The notes beneath the pieces are model-generated. The model saw only the letters and a list, made by a program, of their open reading frames with translations. It was not told where the DNA came from and did no database searches. A DNA stretch of 64,000 bases from the human T2T-CHM13v2.0 reference genome, Homo sapiens. The DNA lies in the NCBI RefSeq assembly GCF_009914755.1, contig NC_060934.1; one strand, given 5' to 3'. Positions 56,159 to 64,000 of this stretch are shown in pieces. A program made the position numbers and the translations under genes. How positions within the stretch are numbered: the first letter of the stretch is position 1; each line of letters starts with the position of its first letter.

Positions 56159-56781
56159 CAGCCTCACAGCCCCACCTCCCCACAGACGTGGTGTTTGGGG
56201 CCACCCCTTAACTTCTGACCTGGTGGTGCTGATGCCTCCCCCTCCAGATGGCAAACCAGTGCCCCAGGGGTACCCTCCGTGTGCCAAATGGTTCTGACTC
56301 TTTCATGCATAGGGACTCGCTTAAAACTCACCATAAGCCTATGGCTATTATTCCTCACTTTCAGATGAGAAGATTCGGGCACAGAAAGGTTGACTTCACT
56401 GCCCAAGTGGGTGGTGGGGCTCGGCAGGACTCAGACCCAGAGCATAGCCCCTGCTGACCTGAGTGCCCGCCCCTCCCTGGTCTTTGCCTCTGATCCCAGG
56501 ACACTGAGTGAATCAGTCTACTGCTCTCTTCTTTTTATAAAAACTTAGAAGCAAACAGCACAACCAACGTCAGCACATTCTTAGTATGAACAAGGCAAAC
56601 ATCACAGTCAAAAGGCAAAGTCCCTGTTTCTGCTCCAATCCTATGCCCCACAAATAACCACATACAGATTTTTTAATGTCAAAGTTTAGACTCCTAGATA
56701 TGCAGTTAAGTATAAAATATGTATGTATACCAATACATTGATTTTTAAAAGAAAAGCAGAATCAAGATGATGCTTATTCTA

Positions 56782-57369
56782 TGTTGGCAGAAAAGCTGAG
56801 TGTTGGGAGAAGCTGCGGCAGGGCTTGCAGGTCTGACATAATGTAAGAGTCTCAGAACATGTCTGGGGTCCACGGTCTAAAACCCCTTGTGGTCTTTGGA
56901 ACACCAAGCTCTGTGCTAAAGGGTGGAAGGCTGCCCTGACACACCATAAACTAAGCCCAGGGCATAAAATCCCTCGTGGCTTGGATAGAATCCAGGGCTT
57001 GTGGCTCTGGAATGTGTCTAGACTTGCTGGCTCCTTGCTCTCCCAGGGTCGATTGTATCCTGAGTTAAAAGAACCTGCTCTCCATTATCTCAAGCAGAAT
57101 ATGTTCCACATGCTTCAAAGAAAATGCTAAACCGTCACAGCTGTAAGATCATGCGCTTGCCCTTTCAAGCCCCACATTCTCAACACCTGTTTCTTTGTTT
57201 GATCACCAATAAATAGTCTGGGCTTCCAGAGCTCAGGGCCTTCGCAGCCTCCATACTCGCAATAGCCCCCCGGATCCAATTTCTCTCTCAAACTGTCTTT
57301 TCTCATTCCTTTGACTCCACCATACTTTGTCACCCCAACAACCTGGTGTTGGATCTGATCACCCCAACA
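56782..57369 (+). mobile_element. Full-length solo LTR, ERVK class (LTR14B-like)
   Basis: TGTTGG...CCAACA ends, TTCTA direct repeat on both sides, AATAAA at 57208; family recalled from consensus. Confidence 0.8.
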
Positions 57370-58439
57370 TTCTAAAACTCACTCTCTTCACTAAACATAT
57401 CTGCAGATCTTTCCATGTGTCTGTGTGTGGGTGTGCATCTGTGTAGGTGTGTGCACCACTGAATTCAGCTGGTTTGTTACACACAGTGTTTAGTAATACA
57501 AATATAAGATCATATATTTTCTTTCATTCAATTTTTATACAGCTGGAAATGTATCTGTAATATACATACCTAGAAAGAAAATGGAGCATCACAAAGCACA
57601 TATACTTAAATTTTTAAGAAGACCTAAATATCCTCCCAAAATAACATACTTTGCATTCCCACTAACAGAACAGGAGTATTATTTTCTCATCTACTAGAAA
57701 AGCACCTCACACTGGCTGTATTGTGTTGTGGTTATATATTTAATGACCTATTCTGCACAGCAACCCTGTGGAGATGGGTGCAGCACCATGACCCTCCCTG
57801 TTTAGCAGACAGGGGCAGGGGCGAGGAGGGCTGAGTGCTACCCAAAGCCACTGCTGTGGAGTGGAGCCAGCGCCAATCTCAGTCTGGCTTCAGAATCTGT
57901 GCATCTGACCACAGCGCCAAGCTGCTCAGCAGTGCCCATCTCTGCACTCTTGCCAACACTTAAAATGCTTCCCAATTTGTTCAGTAAAACACCATTTGTT
58001 GGTCCAATTTGTGTTCCCTGTATTATTGAGAAACTTAGATGATATTTATCTCCATCAACACCTTGCTAAGAAGTAAAAATCCCAAGTAGGTAGATGAGGT
58101 GAGGAAGGGAAGAAACAGTCCCCATAGGCAGAATTCGAGGGGGTTTAAAAAACATCCACCTTAATAATCAATATCAGTACATTAAAAAATGGCTAATAAA
58201 GGTATCCGCCCATTCATCAACTTCCAAACTCAGTTCCCATGTGAAATGGTGTTCAAGACCAAACAGCTTTGTGTGTCTCATGAAGAATATGGATTCCAGG
58301 AGGGACCATCTCAGTGATCTCCAGGAATGTAAGGAGGCAGAGTCCACTCTTGGAGATATGGAAGGAGCAAAATACGTACCTGTGTATACAATACCACGAT
58401 GACGTGCAAAAGGGAAACAAAATAAAACTAAAGGACAAC

Positions 58440-58810
58440 AGAGTCTGGATGTTTTGTTGCCTGCAGATCTCACGTTGAAATGTGACGTCCAACAATGCAG
58501 GTGGGCCTGTTCTCGCAGTAACGCGAGAGTTCTCACTTTATGAGTTCACGTGGGATCTAGTTGTTTAGAATAGAGCTGGGCACCTCCTCTCTCTCTCTCT
58601 TGCTCGCTCCATCTCTCACCATGTGACATGCAGGCTCCCACTTTGCCTTCTGCCATGATCATAAGCTTCCTGAGGCCTCACCAGGAGCTGAGTAGATGCT
58701 GGAGCCATGCTTCTCTTACAGCCTACAGAACTGTAAGCCAAAATAAACCTCTTTTCCTTATAGATTACCCAGTCTCACACATTCCTTTATAACAATGCAA
58801 ACACACCAAC
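58440..58810 (+). mobile_element. MaLR LTR (MSTB-like)
   Basis: gccttctgccatgat..taagcttcctgaggcctcacca, aataaacctcttttc..ttacccagtctca. Confidence 0.75.
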
Positions 58811-59550
58811 AAAAAGGAAAGAAGCAGGCCAGACCTTGCAATGTGGCCTCACGAGGAATGTACACTATGGCTTCCATTGAACCATTTGCACCACTGACTT
58901 GTCATAGCATTTCCAGCCTCTGGAAAGCATTCCATAAGCCTTGCCCGCATAACACCTTGAAGTAGCAGCTCCTATAAATTTCATGAACACATCCGCAGTT
59001 TGCTACTCCTGACCACAAGCAGAGCCAGGCCAGGCTTGGGACATTCACACAAAACAAACACATCAAGTAGTGAACAAGCCTCACAGCCTCCAGTTCTAGG
59101 GCTTAACAGAGAGCCACACTGCACCTGCACAGCTTCAGTGCCGCTCATCATTTGCTGAATCCCTTAAGCAAGTGAGTCAACAAGGTCTTTCATTTTTTTA
59201 TCTTATACGGGCGATCTCCAATGTAGTATTCCTCAGCTTAGCAACAACGGCACATTTAGAGAAGAAAGAGTTAAGCTGCAGGCCCCTCCTCCCCAGCAAT
59301 CTTTACACAGCATTTCTATGCAACGGACCACACACAAAACACGCCTGCAGTCATGTAACGGCGGTAACATTTGTTGAATTCTTACTATGTACCAGGCGTG
59401 CTTTCAAGCTCTGTGTGTGTATGAACCCACTCAATGCTCACACGGGCCTCTGACGTAGCTAACTGCTGTGATTCTCATCTACAGACGAGGAATCCTCAAG
59501 GTGAAGCCCTGCCCACATGACAAAGCAGGCGCGAGAGCAGCGAGATGGGG

Positions 59551-59672
59551 ACCCAGGCCGACCTCGGCCCCCGACAGAGCCGGCAGGGAGAAGGACCCAG
59601 GCCCACCTCGGCCCCCGACGGAGCCGGCAGGGAGAAGGACCCAGGCCCACCTCGGCCCCCGACGGAGCCGGC
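59551..59672. repeat. 44-bp GC-rich minisatellite, about 2.8 copies
   Basis: acccaggcc at 59551, 59595 and 59639. Confidence 0.9.
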
Positions 59673-61634
59673 ACAGAGCAAGAATGAGGTGGTGCTCATC
59701 CCACACACGACGTTCCCTGTGCTGGCGTCGAAGCACCTGCACAACGTTGCTTCTTTGGGAACACGCATTCCGGTTCCAGACAAAATGCGAAGTTACCAGG
59801 AAGCCTGTTTGAGAGTGGGGTTGGGAGGGGGGGTCTTCCCTTCTGAACTGGCAGCCAGAACCCCGAGGAAGTGTCTTTTTTTTTTTTTTTTTTAAACAGG
59901 GCAGCTACTCTGGTCTTGAATCACCATTCACCACCAAAGGTTTCTCTTTTAGATGGACGTAAATCAGCCCTGATGAAGGTGCCGGGGCAGCCACACAACG
60001 CACACAGAACACAGAACATCTCCTCTGCTTTCTTTCCTCTCTGGGCCACTCTTTTTCACAGCAGCAGAATGAACTAATAAATTCACAGTACTGGTAAAAA
60101 TGCCCTTTAAAGGACAGGAGCAGTTAAGCTTGTGAACTCATTTCAGCAGAAATAATATTTTCAGGAAACACGCACCGCGAGGGGAAATTCAGTGAAAAAT
60201 GTGCATGTACCTTTTTCGATGTTTAGCGTGACACAGACTTTCAAAAACACAACAGATAAGTGAGATTGCGATTTTTAATAGGAAAAGATACAATGTAAAA
60301 GCAGCCAATATATTAAGTTATGAGTTGATTTAATGTAATATTCTTCCTTTTCTCTAACAGGAGCAATGCATGCCCACTAAAAACAGCCCATTTTACAAGC
60401 TGCACAGCACGGAAAGTGAGCTGCCCATCTTTACTGCCTCACCCACCCTGTGCAGCGCAGTTTTTTTTTTTTTTTTGCACTGAATATACTATTTACAGAT
60501 ACTTAATTTTTTGTTACCAAAAACGGGATCACACTATATAAACTTTTTTACAAACTCTTTCTCATAAGCCTTGGCCACCTTTCTATTTCCAGGGGAGGTT
60601 ATGGTCTGGAACTGGGGGGGACCCCGTGGGGAGGCCCCTCCTCTGCCATCTTCCCGCTGCACCTCCTTTGCCAAAACCAACTTCTCATCATCTAATTCAC
60701 CACAAAACAGAACACACTGTAAAACGCACGTGGTTGGGTGAAATTAAACAGGAAACTTGGTTTGCTATTCGATGCTACCTAACTCTCATGGTCTGGGTCA
60801 CGTGATTTTCATCTCGAAACTACTCTGTAGTTAGAGAATTGCAAAATTTTATCCCTCTTTTTAGATAAAATGACACAGTTTATCTTGCGTTCTCTTACAT
60901 GCGGGATTATGGAACTCTGGGTCTGACTTTTCCGAGCAGTGGGAAGTGCTCACTTCGGATCCACTTTGGCTCAGGGCTGTGCTGACGTTTTCTCCGCTGT
61001 CACTCATCCAGGCACCATCAGCACCCAGTGGGCATCAGACAGCACCCTTTTCCCTGCGGACACGTCTTCTTTGATTTTTCTCCCAGCTAACTTCGAGCTT
61101 GGATACTTTCAAAAACTAGAAGATGGTTGTGGTGACAAGGGGGTATTTTATCTTTTCTGGAATTATTGTTTCATTGTTTTATATGATTTTTGCATTTTCA
61201 TTACTAAAATATCAGGGTATCCAAATAGTACTTTGTAGTTACAAAGCTAAAAATTATGTTTTTCAGTTCAATAAACATTTCACAACGTAGCTTTAAGAAA
61301 ATCAAGTCTATCATCTACATTCTAGAGATGGTAACAGAGTCAGATGGCAGGAGATTTAGGGGATACTTGTAGCCAGGAAACAGTTTCCTGGTTTTCGCCT
61401 TGCAATTTGTCCTTTAAAAAATGTCTGATGAGTTTAGGCACCACAAGCCCCTATTTCCCCAATATTTTTCTACTCTAAAACTAACATCGGGAGAAAAGAA
61501 AACACAAAATATAACAGGACAGTGACAGTTTTAAAGAGAAAAAAATACTTTAAATGCCTAGGTGAAAATACAGTTCACGTAGCAAGACTGAGCAGACTTC
61601 ACTAGAGAACGTGATTTCCTGCCACCACTTGGCT

Positions 61635-62240
61635 GACACACATGAACACGAAGGTGAAAACAGACACACATGAAGGCACACACATCAACACAAACACGAA
61701 AACAGGCATACACAGGTGAAGACAGACATGAAGGCATGCATGCATGAACAGGCATGCATAAAGACACGTGAACACAAACATGCCTAGACAAAGACATGCA
61801 TACATGTGAACACAGACATGCATAAAGACACGTGAACACACATGCACAAAGACACATGTGAACACATGCAGACACGTGAACACAAACATGCAGACATGTG
61901 AACGCAGACATAGACACACATGAACAGACATGCATAAAGACACACGAACACAGACATGCATAAAGACACACATGAACAGATATGCCTAGGCACACATGAA
62001 CAGACATGCATACACACATGAACAGATATGCACAGACACGTGAACAGACATGCATAAAGACACATGTGAACACATGCCTAGACACGTGAACACACATGCC
62101 TAGACACCCATGGACATGCATAAAGACACAAATGAACAGACATGCACAGATGTGAACAGACATGCATAGACACATGTGAACAGACATGCCTAGACACACG
62201 TGAACACAGACATGCATAAAGACACGGACACAGACATGCG
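61635..62240. repeat. Degenerate CA-rich repeat (cacatgaacagacatgcataaaga-like)
   Basis: Low-complexity alternating purine/pyrimidine tract. Confidence 0.9.
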
Positions 62241-63145
62241 TGAGGACAGGCGAGTCACCAGCCCTTGTCCCTTCAAAGTCTCCGACTCATGTTTTTAAAG
62301 ACTCTCAACCTCCCTAAAATGAGTGCTGGTCATTCTTTTTTGGAGACTGGCCTTTCTGTGAGGGGAGAACCAATGGCATAAGCTCTGGCAGTGACCTGCC
62401 TGCAGCGCTGGGCAACCTGACAGAGGGCACAGCACCTGCGGCCCAGGCGCCAGCCTGCTCCCACATACCCATCGCCAGGGCTGCTGCTGGCTCCCGAGTG
62501 CCACGCCCCCCCCCCCCCCCGACAACCCCTGACAGCTGCTGCTGGCTTCTGTACGCCCTGCCCCGCTACCCCACCCCAACCCCTTCCCCATCACTAGGGC
62601 TGCTGCTGCTCCCGGAAGTGCCCGTGCATCCTGCGTATTTATCAAGCGGGATACTGGAGGTTCCATTGATCCTGTGAGCCCCAGAACTTTCCGACATGCT
62701 CTGTTTTGCATGACAGACATTCTATGTTGCTTGCAAGAGTGATATGAAGATACTCCACAGCCAGTGGGCTGTGGGCATCCCTGTCAGACCTGGGGCTCTT
62801 GAAGGCCCTGGACCTTGACGCCTGGAAGACTGACTCATAGCCCAGATGTCCATGCTTGGCCCTGCTGGCACCTGCAGCCACTGGGTGGCTTTCTTGTGAG
62901 TGCCTCAGCTTCTGATTTATCTACTTTTTTGTTTTCTTTTTTGCAGAAGAGAATCACTAAGTGATACATATTCCAGAGAGGGCCAAAATTCTACAAATAG
63001 TAAGCAAATGCATCTGCAATTTTATTTGCATTCTACTGCAGATGATCGTTATCCTTTTTAAATTAAGTGGACTGAAAGCCAAGCAACCAACCAGCTGCAA
63101 CTCAGCACCTGGAAGTTCAGTCTCTGCTTTGATACCAGGAGCAGG

Positions 63146-63821
63146 GGCTGTCCCTGGAAGATGGTTAACACGCAGAAGAGGCTGTCCCTGGAAGATGGTT
63201 AACGTGCAGAAGAGGCTGTCCCTGGATGATGGTTAACAGGCAGAAGAGGCTGTCCCTGGAAGATGGCTAACGTGCAGAAGAGGATGTCCCTAGAAGATGG
63301 TTAACACGCAGAAGAGGCTGTCCCTGGATGATGGTTAACGCACAGAAGAGGCTGTCCCTGGAAGATGGTTAACACGCAGAAGAGGCTGTCCCTGGAAGAC
63401 GGTTAAAGCGCAGAAGAGGCTGTCCCTGGAAGATGGTTAACGTGCAGAAGAGGCTGTCCCTGGATGATGGTTAACGCACAGAAGAGGCTGTCCCTGGAAA
63501 ATGGTTAACGTGCAGAAGAGGCTCTCCCTGGATGATGGTTAAGACGAAGAAGAGGCTGTCCCTGGAAGATGGTTAACGTGCAGAAGAGGCTGTCCCTGGA
63601 TGATGGTTAACACGCAGAAGAGGCTGTCCCTGGAAGATGGTTAACGTGCAGAAGAGGCTGTCCCTGGAAGATGGTTAACGCGCAGAAGAGGCTGTCCCTG
63701 GATGATGGTTAACGCGCAGAAGAGGCTGTCCCTGGATGATGTTTAACACGCAGAAGAGGCTGTCCCTGGATGATGGTTAACAGGCAGAAGAGGCTGTCCC
63801 TGGATGATGGTTAACACGCAG
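63146..63821. repeat. 34-bp VNTR, about 20 copies
   Basis: Unit gcagaagaggctgtccctgga(a/t)gatggttaac(gt/ac). Confidence 0.96.
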
Positions 63822-64000
63822 GACACAAATGCTTAGATCACAACACAGAGGAAACGGCCATCCTCGAACCCATCCAAACAGGCATAATCCGTCCTCTACA
63901 GACCCTTCTCTGCAACAAAACAGGGGAATGTAGCAGCCGAACACTTGTCTTTCTTCTTTAAAAAACATAAGGAGTAAATAAAATGAGATCGCTGTACTGC

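Noticed and set aside
61558-62217. 219-aa minus-strand ORF (MHVCVHVC...)
   Set aside because: Low-complexity TG-rich sequence lacks stop codons by composition

Overview
Primate (very likely human) genomic DNA lying entirely inside DIP2C (disco-interacting protein 2 homolog C; 10p15.3 in human, from memory), transcribed on the minus strand. Fourteen coding exons can be placed exactly (52970 down to 10657). All flanking splice sites are GT/AG, the phases join, and the total is 1,933 nt of continuous frame. They encode the C-terminal part of the first and the N-terminal part of the second adenylation (AMP-binding/FAAL-like) domain; no start or stop codon is in the window. The introns are very rich in minisatellites (49, 43/48, 70, 34, 58, 44 and 20/21-bp units, a TG-punctuated array and a CA-rich array). 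They also hold about 25 Alus, an ERVK-type solo LTR, MaLR LTRs, Tigger/MER DNA-transposon relics and L1/MIR fragments. No new gene system is evident. The most interesting signals concern splicing. One exon starts with a perfect 5' splice site, suggesting a recursive-splicing exon. It is preceded by a VNTR carrying about 20 decoy donors. A second VNTR duplicates an exon's branch point and acceptor region, and there is a 16x UGCAUG (RBFOX) cluster. Repeat family names were assigned by eye from remembered consensus sequences and need RepeatMasker/Dfam confirmation.
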